Below, piece after piece: positions 40,885-54,489 of a stretch of DNA of 64,000 nt. The position numbers and the translations under genes are program-made. Position 1 is the stretch's first letter. Each line of letters opens with the position of its first letter. The DNA is from Octopus vulgaris. Lineage: Eukaryota. The stretch is from NCBI GenBank assembly GCA_951406725.2, contig OX597839.1, positions 21,018,001-21,082,000 of the forward strand, given 5' to 3'. The notes beneath the pieces were generated by a model that was not told the origin of the DNA, did not search any database, and saw only the letters and a list, made by a program, of their open reading frames with translations.

Positions 40885-41281
40885 GCAGTGACACACACAC
40901 ACAGTGACACACACACACACACACAGTGAGATACACACACATATACACACACACAGTGACACACACACTCACACAGTGAGATACACACACATACACACAC
41001 ACATACAATGGCATACACACATACATAATGGCATATGCACACATGCACACACGCAGTGACACACACACACACAGTGACACACACACACACAGTGAGATAC
41101 ACACACACAGTGAGATACATACACACACAGTGACACACACACTCACACAGTGAGATACACACACATACACACACACAGTGAGATACACACACATATACAC
41201 ACACACAGTGACACACACACAGTGACACACACACACACACAGTGACACACACACACACACACAGTGACACACACACACACA

Positions 41282-41312
<31 letters not shown>

Positions 41313-41330
41313 AGTGAGATACACACACCA
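40885..41330. repeat. (CA)n minisatellite punctuated by CAGTGAC and CAGTGAGATA
   Basis: Direct reading. Confidence 0.85.
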
Positions 41331-41599
41331 TTACACCATTACAGAATCGCACATTAACTTTCACACACACACACACACACACATAAACACATCTAAGGAA
41401 ACACCTATGAACACGCATGCACACACACATACACACACACACACTTACGCACCTACACGCACGCACGCACACATGCCGTAGTGCCCTCTTGTTAGCGTCT
41501 GCTGTACAAATAAGCTGTTAGACTCACAGATGCTTCCCAGACGTGGAGTGATCCAGCAACAACAACAACAACAGCAGCAGCAACAACAGTAAATCCACG

Positions 41600-42505
41600 A
41601 GCACCACCACCACCACCGCCACAACCATAACCACCACCAGCACCCATCACACCACACACCACTACTACTACCACCACTACCACCACCACCACCATCACTA
41701 CCACCATCACTAACAACATCGCCAACACCACCATCACCACTACCACCACCACGGCTGCCATCACTAACATCACCACCACCACCACCACCACCTCTACCAC
41801 CACCACTACCACCATCACTAACAACATCGCCAACACCACCATCACTATCACCACTACCACCACCACCATCACCACCACGGCTGCCATCACAAACATCACC
41901 ACCACCATCACCATCATCACTATCACCACCTCTACCACCACCACTGCCATCACTAACAACATCAACACCACCACCACCACTATCACCACCACCACCACCA
42001 CCAAAACTATCACCATCACCACCACCACCACAGACATCACCATAACTAACAATATCGCCACCACCAAAACTATCACCACCACCATCACTATCACCACCAC
42101 CACCACCACCACCACCACCACCACCACTATCACCACCACCACCACCACCACCACAGACATCACCATCACTAACAACATCACCAACACCAGCAGAAACAGC
42201 AGCATCAAAAATAAATTCTGCTGTCGCCAGTACCTCCATGACCACCACCACTGCCGCCACCACTACAGCCGCCACAAGGCTCAACCATAACCACCGCTGT
42301 CATCATTGCTAACAGCACTGCCAACACCACCACCACCACCACCACCACCACCACCACCAGCAACACTAGATCCAGCACCACTGCCACCAAAATCTCTAAA
42401 AGCCACCATCACTTCAACCAGCAGCAGCAGCAGCAACAGTAGATCCACTGCCACCACCACCACCACCACCATTACCACCACCACCATTACCACCACCGCC
42501 ACTAG
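41600..42505. repeat. (CCA/CAT)n tract
   Basis: Direct reading. Confidence 0.9.
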
Positions 42506-42705
42506 CAGTGGCACAGTGATATCACCAATGGTGCATCAGCAGGAGATTGTCAACGTGGTCACTTAGTTTCCTGGAAATAGCAGTCAAAGCATCTACTTCT
42601 TCGCAGTGGACTTGCTACCATTCTCCAGCAAGAATTATTCACAATGGATAAAGATTTAGAAACATACACACAAGACTGATACATACATACATACACATAC
42701 ATACA

Positions 42706-42751
<46 letters not shown>

Positions 42752-42972
42752 CACACATATGTATATAGACAAAATGGAATGAAATTATATATATATATAT
42801 ATATGTATATACATGTGTATATAGACAAAATAGAATAAAATATATCAGTCTGGTTAGTCATGGCTGGAATGTCAATGCCTTTGGTCATACGTTTTTCCTC
42901 AACCAGAACTGACTTGGAGTTAAGCAACAACAGCTAGAACAACAAACGCGACAGCAGCAGAGATAGAAGCGA

Positions 42973-43070
42973 CAGCAGCATCCGCACCTCCGCCGATATC
43001 AGCAGCATCCGCACCTCCGCCGATATCAGCAGCATCCGCACCTCCGCCGATATCAGCAGCAAGGCCGTAA
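42973..43070. repeat. 27-bp tandem repeat CAGCAGCATCCGCACCTCCGCCGATAT x3
   Basis: Three identical units. Confidence 0.9.
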
Positions 43071-43670
43071 TCACAGCTAAGAACAGCAACTGTATTGTAA
43101 ATGTGTGTTTTGCATCTGTGTATATATATATATATATATGTGTCTATATATATATATATATATATATACATCTCTCTGATTCTTTCTCTCTCTTTGTCCC
43201 ATTCTCTCTGCTTCTCACTCTCTCTCTCTCTCTCTCGCCTTTTTCTCCTCTCTCTTTATTTCTCTTCTCCTATTCCCTCTCTCTCCCTCTCTTTCTAATT
43301 TTCGTTCTCTCTTACTTTATCCACTCTTTCTTTCTCCCTTGCTCTCTCTCTCTCTCACTCTCTCTATATCTATCTATCTATCTATCTATATATTTATCTA
43401 TCTCTCTGTCTGTCTGTCTGTCTCTATCAACTCTGCAGTTTCTCTTTCTCACTTCTCTCTCTCTCTCTCTCACTCTCTCTATATCTATCTATCTATCTAT
43501 CTTTCTATCTATATATTTATCTATCTCTCTGTCTGTCTGTCTGTCTCTATCAACTCTGCAGTTTCTCTTTCTCACTTCTCTCTCTCTCTCTCTGCTTCCC
43601 TATCTATCTGCAGTTTCTCTCTCTCTCTCTCTCTCTCTCTCTGCTTCCCTATCTATCTGCAGTTTCTACA

Positions 43671-43711
<41 letters not shown>

Positions 43712-44063
43712 CTATGAACTCTGCAGTTTCTATTTCTCTCTCTTTCACTCCCTCTCTCTCTATCTACACACACACACACAAACATATAAATATAAACACA
43801 CACATATGTATATATAAATGTATATGATATTATCCATGCATACTAACAAACACCAATGTGCACACAAACATACACAAATATATACATATATATATATATA
43901 AATATGCATGCACACACACACACACACATATATACACATGTATTTATATACATATTACATATGTATATTCAAAGATATACACATATGCATACATATAGAC
44001 ACATGCACAATATATACTTATATGTATAATAATATATGTCTTACATATTATGCACACACACAG

Positions 44064-44121
<58 letters not shown>

Positions 44122-44716
44122 AATATTAGGGAATAAATCCAAATTTACAGGGAAAAATCAGATTTAGGATTGAATCCAATTTGCATAATAGTGGTTTTGT
44201 CTCTAATTTAATATAATATATATATGTATATATATATATATCATGATTTTATACATCATTTGCGGGTTTCTCTGTCTACCTATCTTTCTATCTATCAACC
44301 TACCTACCTACCTACCTAGGTCCCTATCTACTGACATAGCTATCTATGTACTTTTCTATCTATTTATGTATGTATCTATCTATCTATCTGTCTGTCTATT
44401 TATTAATTTATTAAGCAATCTATCTATCTGTCTGTCTGTCTGTCTCTTCCCCCAGATGTCTATTTGTCTATGCATCTATTTTCTCAAACAATTATGCAAC
44501 TATACAACAATATAGGTGGCAAGCATGGGAATAAAAACCTCAAAAGTAATAATTAAGGGTATCTAAGAGATACCACCATGCTGGAAATAGCAGTCAAAAC
44601 TTGACTCGAATACCACATTAAATGTTCATACATTTAATGTGGTTTTAGAGTCAAGTTATATATATATATATATATATATACATTCATATGTATATATATA
44701 TATATATATATCATTC

Positions 44717-44783
<67 letters not shown>

Positions 44784-44837
44784 CTTATGTATGTATGTAT
44801 AAAATCGATTTATCTCTCTATCTATCTATATATATAT

Positions 44838-45485
44838 ATCATCATCATCATCATCATTTAGCGTCCGCTTTCCATGCTAGCATGGGTTGGACGGTTCAAC
44901 TGGGGTCTGTGAAGCCAGAAGGCTGCATCAGGCTCCAGTCTGATCTGGCAGTGTTTCTACGGCTGGATGCCCTTCCTAACGCCAACCACTCCATGAGTGT
45001 AGTGGGTGCTTTTTACGTGCCACCCGCACAGGTGCCAGACGGAGCTAGCAAACAGCCATGGACGGATGGTGCTTTTTACGTGTCTCTTTTACTCTTTTAC
45101 TTGTTTCAGTCATTTGACTGCGACCATGCTGGAGCACCACCTTTAGTCGAGTAAATCAACCCCAGGACTTATTCTTTGTAAGCCTAGTACTTATTTTATT
45201 GGTCTCTTTTGCCAAACTGCTAAGTTACAGGGACGTAAACACACCAACATCGGTTGTCCAGCGATGTTGGGGGACAAAGACACACAAACACATACACACA
45301 TATATATATATATACATATATACAATGGGCTTCTTTCAGTTTCCGTCTACCAAATCCACTCACAAGACTTTGGTCAACCCAAGGCTATTGTAGAAGACAC
45401 TTGCCCAAGGTTCCACACAGTGGGAATGAACCCGGAACCATGTGGTTGGTAAACAAGCTACTTACCACACAGCCACTGCTGCGCA
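44838..45485 (-). mobile_element. Family C (44838-45085) abutting family A (45085-45485)
   Basis: Reverse complements of the respective families. Confidence 0.8.
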
Positions 45486-45997
45486 CATACACACACACAC
45501 ACACAGACACACAGACACACAGACATGTATAACTTGGTTTTTCCTGTGCAAGTCTTTAATATTCTTCATACAAACTACATCATGTTTCATTTGTGTTACT
45601 TAGCAACTGTTTATTGATAAAACATTTTCATTTCCTTTTTGTTTTCCATTTAAAGTTTACTTCACCAATTAATTGCTTTGAGGGTGTGCTTTTTTTTGGT
45701 TTCGTTATTTTCACCTGTTCTTCTGCAGTGGTAGAAGCAGTGAACATTTAATTCATTACAAACACTGCTATTGATGCAATCGTCATTATTATTATTATTA
45801 TTATTATTGTTATTATTATTATTATTATTATTATAATTATTATTATTATTATTATTATTGAGTGAGAGAGCAGTGCATGCCATCAAAGTGACACTGGGGT
45901 AAAATATACAAAGCCCAGTATACCCATCATGACTACCCGTCTGATGAGGGTACACTAGGCACTATTATTATTATTATTATTATTATTACTATTATTA

Positions 45998-46539
45998 TTG
46001 AGTGAGAGAGCAGTGCATGCCATCAAAGTGACACTGGGGTAAAATATACAAAGCCCAGTATACCCATCATGACTGCCCACCTGATAAAGGTTCACCAGGC
46101 ACATGCATCACAACCATGTGCGCGACATGGTGATCTCATATCAAGATAAACAGGGCATGACCTTGCAGGTGGGGCCCAGTTACAATTTTCTTCTGGTCAA
46201 GTAGCCTATCCTGCTCAAAAGGTCCCTGAATGAGGATTGTTTAAGGATGTTGAACAAAACACCCATGTTTCCAAAGGTGAATTATCCAAACCTCCAAGAA
46301 TTCCTTTCAACACATGGCTATGATGCTCCCCCACCACTTCTGCTTGAGGTCAGAGATGCACAAATCGTCGGCCACTAAGGGACATGCTCAACTGGTTAAG
46401 GTCAAACAATTGACAAGCAAATCTGTGGTATTGAGCAGAATATTTTATACCAAGACAAAACAATGTACATGATAACACTTCCAATCAGTTAAGATCAGAA
46501 GCCATGAGAGCCACTGCCTGGTACTGCATCAGGGCATTT
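45998..46539 (-). mobile_element. Family D, full length, with an extra 3' fragment at 45858-45962
   Basis: Same ends as 14128-14667; embedded in (TTA)n. Confidence 0.8.
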
Positions 46540-46576
46540 ATCATCATCATCATCATTATTATTATTATTATTATTA

Positions 46577-47720
46577 AGGTGGTGAGCTTGGCAGAATCAT
46601 TAGCACTCTGGACAAAATGCTTAGCAGTATTTTGCCTGTCGCTCCGGGATCAACTTTGCCTTGCATCTTTTTTTGGCGGGGGGGGGGTCAATAAATTAAG
46701 TACCAGTTGAGTACTGGGGTCAATGTAATCAACTAGTCCCCACCCCAAAAATGGCTGCCCTTGTGGCAAAATTTGAAACCATTATTATCATTATTATTAT
46801 TATTATTACTATTAATATTATTATTATTATCATTTTTATTTTGGCAAAAGATGGCAAGCTGGCAGAACCATTAGCATGCCAGACAAAATGCTTAGCGGCA
46901 TTTTGTCCGTCTTCATATTCTGAGTTCAAATTCCGTCGAGGTCAGCTTTGCCTTTCATCCTTCGGTCAATGAAATAAGTACCAGTTGAATACTGGGGGTC
47001 GATGTAATCGATTTACACACAACCCCCAATTTGCTGGCCTTGTGCCAAAATTTTAAACCATTATTATTATAACTATTTTGGCAAAAGGCGGTGAGCTGGC
47101 AGAATCGTTAGCAATGCTGGTTGAAATGCTCAGCGGCATGTTGTCCATCTGTACATTCTGAGTTCAAATTCTGCTGAGGTCAACTTTGACTTTCATCTTT
47201 TTGGGGTCAATGAAATAAGTACCTGTGAAACACTGGGGTCGATGTTATAAACTAGTCCCCTTTCCAAAATTTCAGGCCTTGTTCCTATAGTAGAAAGGAT
47301 TATTATTATAATTATTATTATTATTATTCAAGGCAGGGAGCTGGCAGAAACGTTAGAACACTGGGCGAAACGCTTTGTGGTATTTCATCCGCCGCTGCAT
47401 TCCGAGTTCAAATTCCGCTAAGGTCGACTTTGCCTTTCATCCTTTCGGGGATCGATTAAATAAGTACCAGTTACGCACTGGGTCGATGTAATCGACTTAA
47501 TCCGTTTGTTTGTCCCCTCTGTGTTTAGCCCCTTGTGGGTAGTAAAGAAACAGGTATTTCATCTGTCTTTATGTTCTGAGTTCAAATTCCGCCGAAGTTG
47601 ACTTTACCTGTTATCCTTTCGGGATCAATTAAATAAGTACCAGTTGCATACTGGGGTCGATCTAATCGACTAGCCCTGTATCCCAAAATTTCAGGCCTTA
47701 AGCCTAAAGTAGAAAAGATT
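46577..47720 (+). mobile_element. Run of five family B SINE units separated mostly by (TTA)n
   Basis: Repeated B heads and bodies. Confidence 0.8.
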
Positions 47721-47750
47721 ATTATTATTATTATTATTGTTATTATTATT

Positions 47751-48125
47751 CAGTAGTTCTATTTTTATAGCATGCTTTCACTTCACTACCGAGCGCAGCT
47801 CTGTGTGCCTTGGCTATGTGCTGTGATTTGTTGTGATGCTCTGATGGTTACTGTATTGAAAGTGTTTTGCATAGGATGTGTGCAGTGCCTAGTAGTGCAA
47901 TTTTCTGTATGTTATATGTGTTTGTAAGTCCTGGTGTTTTTGTTATGTATTTGTCTGAATATCTTTTTATCATGCCTAATGCGCCTACTATGATAGGAAT
48001 TGTTTCTGTTTTTAGATTCCACATTCGAGTTACCTCTGTTTCCAGGTCTTTGTATCTTTATATTTTGAAAGTTTCTCAATTTCTTTTAGAGACATGTTGT
48101 CGTCTGCTGGTATTGATACATCAAT
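47751..48125 (-). mobile_element. R4/Dong-clade 3' fragment with restriction-like endonuclease motif
   Basis: IDVSIPADDNMSLKEIEKLSKYKD/LETEVTRMWNLKTETIPIIVGALGMIK...QKIALLGTAHILCKTL; both flanks (TAA)n. Confidence 0.85.
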
Positions 48126-48163
48126 TATTATTATTATTATTATTTTTTATTATTGCTACTTTA

Positions 48164-48880
48164 AGGCGGCAAGCTGGCAGAATCATTAGCATACTGGGTG
48201 AAATGCTTAACAGTATTTCATCTGTCTTCATGTTCTGAGTTCAAATGCCACAAGGGTCAACTTTGCCTTTCATCCTTTCAAGGTTGAAAAATTAAGTACC
48301 AGTTATACACTGGGGTCGATGTAATTGACGTAATTCCTTCCTCAAAATATGAGGCCTTGTGCTTCCAGTAGAAAGGATCATTATTATTATTATTATTATT
48401 ATTATTGCTACTATTACTCGTTTAAGGTGGCAAGCTGGCAGAGTTGTTAGCATGCCAGACAAAATGCTTAGTGTCATTTTGTCCATCCTTACGTTCGAAG
48501 TTCAAATTCTGCTGGGGTCAACTTTGCCTTTCACCCTTTTGGGGGCCGAATAATTAAGTAGCAGTGAAACACTAGGGTCTAGGTAATTGACTAGTAGCCT
48601 TCCCCAAAAAAATTTCAGGCATTGTGCCGTTAGTAGAAAGGATTATTATTATTATTACTATTACTGTAAGGTGGTGAGCTGGCAGAATCATTAGCACACT
48701 GGACAGAATGCTTAGTGGTATTTCACACATCGCTATTTTCTGAGTTCAAATGCCACCAAGGTCGACTTTGCCTTTCATCCTCTCAGAGTCAATAAAATAA
48801 AATACCACCTAAACACTGGAACTGATGTAACCAGTTTTCCTCCTCCCATCAAATTGCAGATCTTGTATCAAAACTAGGAA
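48164..48880 (+). mobile_element. Three older family B SINEs
   Basis: Diverged B heads at about 48164, 48425 and 48669. Confidence 0.75.
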
Positions 48881-49949
48881 GAGTTATCATTAGTTTTCTC
48901 TGTCAGAATCCCTTCATTGCTACTCACGCCCTCATCAAGGACAAACCTTCATTCCTCAAATCAGAAATTTTAAGCAGTGGTTTTCAACCATTTTTGACCT
49001 TTGGTTCAGATTTTACTTGGATGAACCCTCCTCGCCAGTTGATGTTTAAAAAACCCTATAATATTTTTTATAACTGTGCTAAGAAGCTTGCTTACCAATC
49101 ACATAATTCCAGGTTCAGTACTACCATGTGGCACCTTGGGCAAGTGTATTCTACTATAGCCTCAGGTTGACCAAAGCCTTGTGAGTGGATTTTGTAGATG
49201 GAAACTGAAAGAAGCATGTCATATGTATGTATATATACATGTGTATATGCCAGCACCGCCCCGACTGGCTTCTGTGCCGGTGGCACATAAAAAGCACCAT
49301 CCGAACGTGGCCGTCGCCAGTGCCGCCTTGGCTGGCTTCCATGCCGGTGGCACGTTAAAAGCTCCAACCAATCGTGGCCGATGCCGGACCCCCCTGGCAC
49401 CTGTGCAGGTGGCACGTAAAAAGCACCCACTACACTCGTGGAGTGATTGGCGTTAGGAAGGGCATCCAGCTGTAGAAATACTGCCAGATCAGACCCCGGT
49501 CGAACCGTCCAACCCGTGCTAGCGCGGAAAACGGATTTTAAACGATGATGATGATGATGATATACACGTGTCCGTTCCAGCACTGCTTCGACTGGCCTTC
49601 GTGCTGGTGGCACGTAAAAAGCACCAACCGATTGTGGCCATTGCCAGCCTCCTCTGGCACAGGTGCCAGAGGAGGCATCGTTAAACGATGATGATGATGA
49701 TGATGATAATGTGTGTGTGTGTGTGTGTTTGTCCTCCCACTGCCTCATGAGAACCGGTGTTAGCATGCTTACATCTTCATAACCTAGCAGTTCAGCAAAA
49801 ATGATCAACAGAATAAGTCCCAGGTTTTAAAAAGATAAGTACTGTGCATTGATTCATTCAACTAAAATTCCTCAAGCTGATGCCCCAGCATGGCCACAGT
49901 CTAATGACTGAAATAAGTAAAAGATAAAAGATTTGTGTGTGTGTGTGTC

Positions 49950-50212
49950 ACATGATCTCGTGACTGACCAGGCTATCAAATGTTGTTACACATCACTAGT
50001 CACTGTGCAGTTCTGCATTGTTTTAGCCTTCAAATGACACCACCCCGCTGGCTAGGTGAGCAGGGCAACAATAATACCCCTGATCAGAAAGAGGGACTGG
50101 AGCAATGTGAAATGAAGGGTTTTGCTCAAGAACACAATGTGCTGCCCAGTCAGGAAATCGAACACGGGATCTAGTGATAATGAGTGCAACAGCCTAACCA
50201 TTAAGCCACTAT
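49950..50212 (-). mobile_element. tRNA-derived SINE family F
   Basis: Minus head GTGGCTTAATGGTTAGG...GTTCGATTTCC...TTGAGCAAAACCCTT; tail matches 53980-54090. Confidence 0.7.
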
Positions 50213-50214
50213 GT

Positions 50215-50560
50215 ATCATCATCATCATCATCATCATTTAACGTCCGCTTTCCATGCTAGCATGGGTTGGACAGTTCAACTGGGGTCTGGGGAGCCCGAA
50301 GGCTGCACCAGGCCAGTCAGATCTGGCAGTGTTTCTACAGCTGGATGCCCTTCCTAACGCCAACCACTCCGAGAGTGTAGTGGGTGATATTATGTGCCAC
50401 CGACACAGGTGCCAGACGAGGCTGGCGAACGGCCACGCTCGGATGGTGTTTTTTATGTGCCACCGACACAGGTGCCAGACGAGGCTGGCAGATGGCCACG
50501 CTCGGATGGTGTTTTTATGTGCCACCGACACAGGTGCCAGATGAGGCTGGGGAACGGCAT
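50215..50560 (-). mobile_element. Family C copy (left arm of inverted pair)
   Basis: Near-identical inverted partner at 52550-52835. Confidence 0.85.
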
Positions 50561-50848
50561 GTATACATATCTGTACGTATGTATATGTACATATGTATAT
50601 ATATCTGTATGTATGTATATGTATCTGTATGTATGTATATATATCTGTATGTATATGTGTCTGCGTGTATGTATACGTATCTGTATGTTTCTGTATGTAT
50701 GTATATGTACATATGTGGATGTATCTGTATGTATATGTACCTGTATGTATGTATGCATTTATACATATCTGTATGTATGAATATGTACATATGTATATGT
50801 ATCTGTATGTATATGTACCTGTATGTATGTATACGTATGTATATGTAA

Positions 50849-51441
50849 GGCGGCAAGCTGGCAGAATCGTTAGCACGCCAGGCGAAATGCTTAGCAGTAT
50901 TTCGTCTGCCGTTACATTCTGAGTTCAAATTCCGCCTAGGTCGACTTTGCCTTTCATCCTTTCGGGGTCGATTAAATAAGTACCAGTTACACACTGGGGT
51001 CGATATAATCGACTTAATCCGTTTGTCTGTCCTTGTTTGTCCCTCTCTGTGTTTAGCCCCTTGTGGGTAGTAAAGAAATAAGTATTTCGTCTGCCGTTAC
51101 GTTCTGAGTTCAAATTCCGCCGAGGTCAATTTTGCCTTTCATCCTTTTGGAGTCGATTAAATAAGTACCAGTTACGCACTGGGGTCGATGTAATCAACTT
51201 AATCCATTTGTCTGTCCTTGTTTGTCCTCTCTGTGTTTAGCCCCTTGTGGGTAGTAAAGAAATAGGTATTTCATCTGTCTTTACATTCTGAGTTCAAATT
51301 CCGCCGATGTCGACTTTGCCTTTCATCCTTTCGTGGTCGATAAATTAAGGACCAGTTACGCACAGGGGTGGATATAATCGACTTAATCCCTTTGTCTGTC
51401 CTTGTTTGTCGCCTCTGAGTTTAGCCCCTTGTAAAGAAATA
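50849..51441 (+). mobile_element. Family B head-to-tail array x3
   Basis: Junctions AAGAAATA|AGTATTTC and AAGAAATA|GGTATTTC. Confidence 0.9.
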
Positions 51442-51513
51442 GGTATGTATATATATCTGTATGTATCTGTATATATGTGTATATAAAGACCAATGGTTGC
51501 CCTTTTTTGCAGC

Positions 51514-51676
51514 ATGATGATTAGTCGCAGTACCAGCAGCATTTTGAAGTTGACCTCCCCAGAGGTCAAAGAACAGATGTATGGATCCTTCAGGACAAAA
51601 TTGTACGAAGCCAATCAAGAAGCTAACGACTGCCTGGATTACTTAAACCGGATCAGAAGAATGATCCGTTCTTCAG
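51514..51676 (+). CDS. TMEM272: First visible coding exon of a TMEM272-like membrane protein
   Basis: Acceptor CCTTTTTTGCAG|C ATG, donor CAG|GTAAGT, only one open frame: MMISRSTSSILKLTSPEVKEQMYGSFRTKLYEANQEANDCLDYLNRIRRMIRSS; ends in phase 1; Y.S....L..A..E.....DY spacing fits my recall of invertebrate TMEM272-like N-termini. The exon is more certain than the name. Confidence 0.65.
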
Positions 51677-51683
51677 GTAAGTA

Positions 51684-51935
51684 AGGCGTAGTAGTGGCTG
51701 TGTGGTAAGTGGGTTCAGTCCCACTGTGTGGCACCTTGGGCAAGTGTCTTCTGCTATAGCCTCGGGCCAACCAAAGCCTTGTGAGTGGATTTGGTAGACA
51801 GAAACTGAAAGAAGCCTGTCGTATATATGTATGGTATATATGTATGTGTGTGTATGTATATGTTTGTGTGTCTGTGTTTGTAACCGCCAACATCGCTTGA
51901 CAACCGATGCTGGTGTGTTTACGTCCCCGTCACTT
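51684..51935 (+). mobile_element. SINE family A starting about 8 bp after the splice donor
   Basis: GGCGTAGTAGTGGCTGTGTGG head, internally deleted. Confidence 0.8.
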
Positions 51936-52387
51936 TTAAATCTACATGTTGTCCCCATCAACAGGCGTGGTCGGATCTAACTCAATGTCATTGCAACCAA
52001 GGGAGGCAGGTGCAGCCCAACCCAACCCTTTTTTGGAGCTGGATTTTCTACGGGGAGTATGCCCTTGTTTACATCCAACCTCAGTTTCTAGACATGAGTG
52101 GTCCCAAGACTAAGGCCTCTACCGTGATTTTTAAGAAATGTGGTGGAAAACTAGCTCAGGAATGCAGGGATGCTACTCCCTGAGACCCCTTTCAGAGCCC
52201 CACTACCTTGCTTGTAGTTTCTTGTATATTTTATGACCACATGGTAAGGTAAACAAGTTTACTTTCATAGAAAAATCAAAAAACTACAAATGGATATGAC
52301 TTTACACAGCATCTGCTTAAGGTTCTGGAATTTCAGGGACTTCTAGGGTGTGGAACCACCTCTAAGCCATTGTTGTTCCCAGGTCTA

Positions 52388-52835
52388 AAATCAAAATCAA
52401 AATCAAATCAAATCAAATCAAAATAGATGAACATCAATGGAATTTGTATCTTTGTGGTACCAGTGCCAGTGGCATACAAGAAAACCATCCGAACGTGGCC
52501 GTAGCCAGTACCGCATCGACTGGCCTCCGTGCTGTGGGCACGTAACAAACACCATCCGATCGTGGCCGTTCGCCAGCCTCATCTGGCACCTGTGTCGGTG
52601 GCACATAAAAACACCATCCGAGCGTGGCCGTCTGCCAGCCTCGTCTGGCACTGTGTCGGTGGCACATAAAATCACCCACTACACTCTCGGAGTGGTTGGC
52701 GTTAGGAAGGGCATCCAGCTGTAGAAACACTGCCAGATCTGACTGGCCTGGTGCAGCCTTCGGGCTCCTCAGACCCCAGTTGAACCGTCCAACCCATGCT
52801 AGCATGGAAAGCGGATGATGATGATGATGATGATG
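52388..52835 (+). mobile_element. Family C copy (right arm of inverted pair)
   Basis: RTE-type tail ending in (GAT)n. Confidence 0.85.
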
Positions 52836-52869
52836 ATATATATATATATGTATAATATTAATAATATAT

Positions 52870-53372
52870 AAATATATATATATGCATATATACATACATA
52901 AGTATATGTACATACATCTATACAAATATATGTATGCATGTGTGGGCACAGTATATCATGAAACGTGCACAACAAAAAAGTATGGAGCACGAGAACATGG
53001 GACATGAACTCTTCTTTCGAACAACCAAAGACACAAATGGAAAACACAACAAACATAAAGAACGACCCTTCATCAGGTGTTGGCTGTTTTTCTAGTCTCA
53101 TATTTCGAGCATTTAACAACAATATACGCTTTTGATAAAACAGTTGCTCCCGCAAAGCAAATTAAATAAAATTTGGGATTTTGCAGAGGGTCAAAACAGG
53201 TAACACAAACAGGACGGTGGAAACAAACAGGAAGGGCTGTTGTTCGAAAAACTAGTTCATGTTCCATGTACTCGTGCTTCATACTTTTTTGTTGTACAGT
53301 TTCATGATGTTCTGTGCCCACATATGCATACATATATACATATAGATGTATGTACATATACGTATGTATATA

Positions 53373-53400
<28 letters not shown>
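52870..53400. mobile_element. Penelope-like fragment with about 150-bp inverted arms in (TA)n
   Basis: 52870-53027 is inverted at 53238-53400; CCTGATGAAGGG on minus at about 53066-53077. Confidence 0.55.
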
Positions 53401-53424
<24 letters not shown>

Positions 53425-53428
<4 letters not shown>

Positions 53429-53612
53429 ATAGGAAAGACTCCATTCTTTCCTATACTTAATATATAAAACTTCAAATTTCCGCACTAAGGCACGGTTTTT
53501 ATGCCCCATGGTCGTAACTTCAACCGTGCTCTTTCTGTTGTGATTTTTGCTACCCAGGTATCGGTTATCATTTGAATTATCCGTAATAAGATAATTCATT
53601 TATCTACTTCAA

Positions 53613-53620
<8 letters not shown>
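53425..53620 (+). mobile_element. Penelope-like terminal fragment with short fold-back
   Basis: Reverse complement of 58567-58746; begins AAGTATAGGAAAGA-ctccat-TCTTTCCTATACTT. Confidence 0.55.
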
Positions 53621-53651
<31 letters not shown>

Positions 53652-53755
53652 CATACAGATATATATATATAGATGTATATATATATTCTATACCATTCCA
53701 ATATATAATGTAGTTATTTACCATTGTGAGTCTAAGTCTATGCAACCTTTAGTTC

Positions 53756-53793
<38 letters not shown>

Positions 53794-53794
<1 letters not shown>

Positions 53795-54100
53795 GAGGTA
53801 CAATGGTCCAGTGGTTAGGGCAGCGGACTTGTGGTTCTAGGATCGCGGTTTCAATTCCCAGACTGGGCGTTGTGAGTGTTTATTGAGCGAAAACCCTAAA
53901 GCTGCACAAGGCTCCGGCAGGGGGTGGTGGCGATCCCTGCTGTACTCTCTCGCTGCAACTTTCTCTCACTCTTTCTTCTGTTGGCCTGCTCCCTTAGCCA
54001 GAGGGGTGGTGTCATTTGAAGGCTAAAACAATGCAAAGCACATTGTGACCAGCGATGTGTAGCAACATCTGACAGCCTGGTCGGTCACGATGATCACGAT
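53794..54100 (+). mobile_element. tRNA-derived SINE, family F related
   Basis: A box TGGTCCAGTGG, B-box-like GGTTTCAATTCC. Confidence 0.75.
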
Positions 54101-54489
54101 GTTATATATATATATATATATATTATTCATGTACATATATGTATATAAATATATACATACATAAATATATATCCAAACATACATACACACACACACACAC
54201 ACATACATACACCATGGAAATCGCTGCTATTAAATGTCTTCATTGAACAATGGTTGCTTACTATACAGCTGCAGTCAAAATTGCAAGACAAGAGATCGCA
54301 TTATATTTGCAGGAAAACATAAAAAAAGAATCTTTGAATTGTTCTGATAACATTGTAACATGTGTGCGAGTTCCAAATTAAGTTTATGCCTACAATTATC
54401 TCCTTGTCTCTCTCGTTCCCTTATATGACTAATGAACTGCAAGTAATCATGTCTTCATCATTAAGGCAGCAAGCTGCTACAAAATGTTA

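Noticed and set aside
48973-48995. hAT-like TIR CAGTGGTTTTCAACC
   Set aside because: No matching second TIR found
51513-51676. Dynein heavy chain N-terminal (EA.DN..YL) similarity
   Set aside because: No flanking dynein-like exons were found; the in-frame TM exon and motif spacing fit a TMEM272-like protein better
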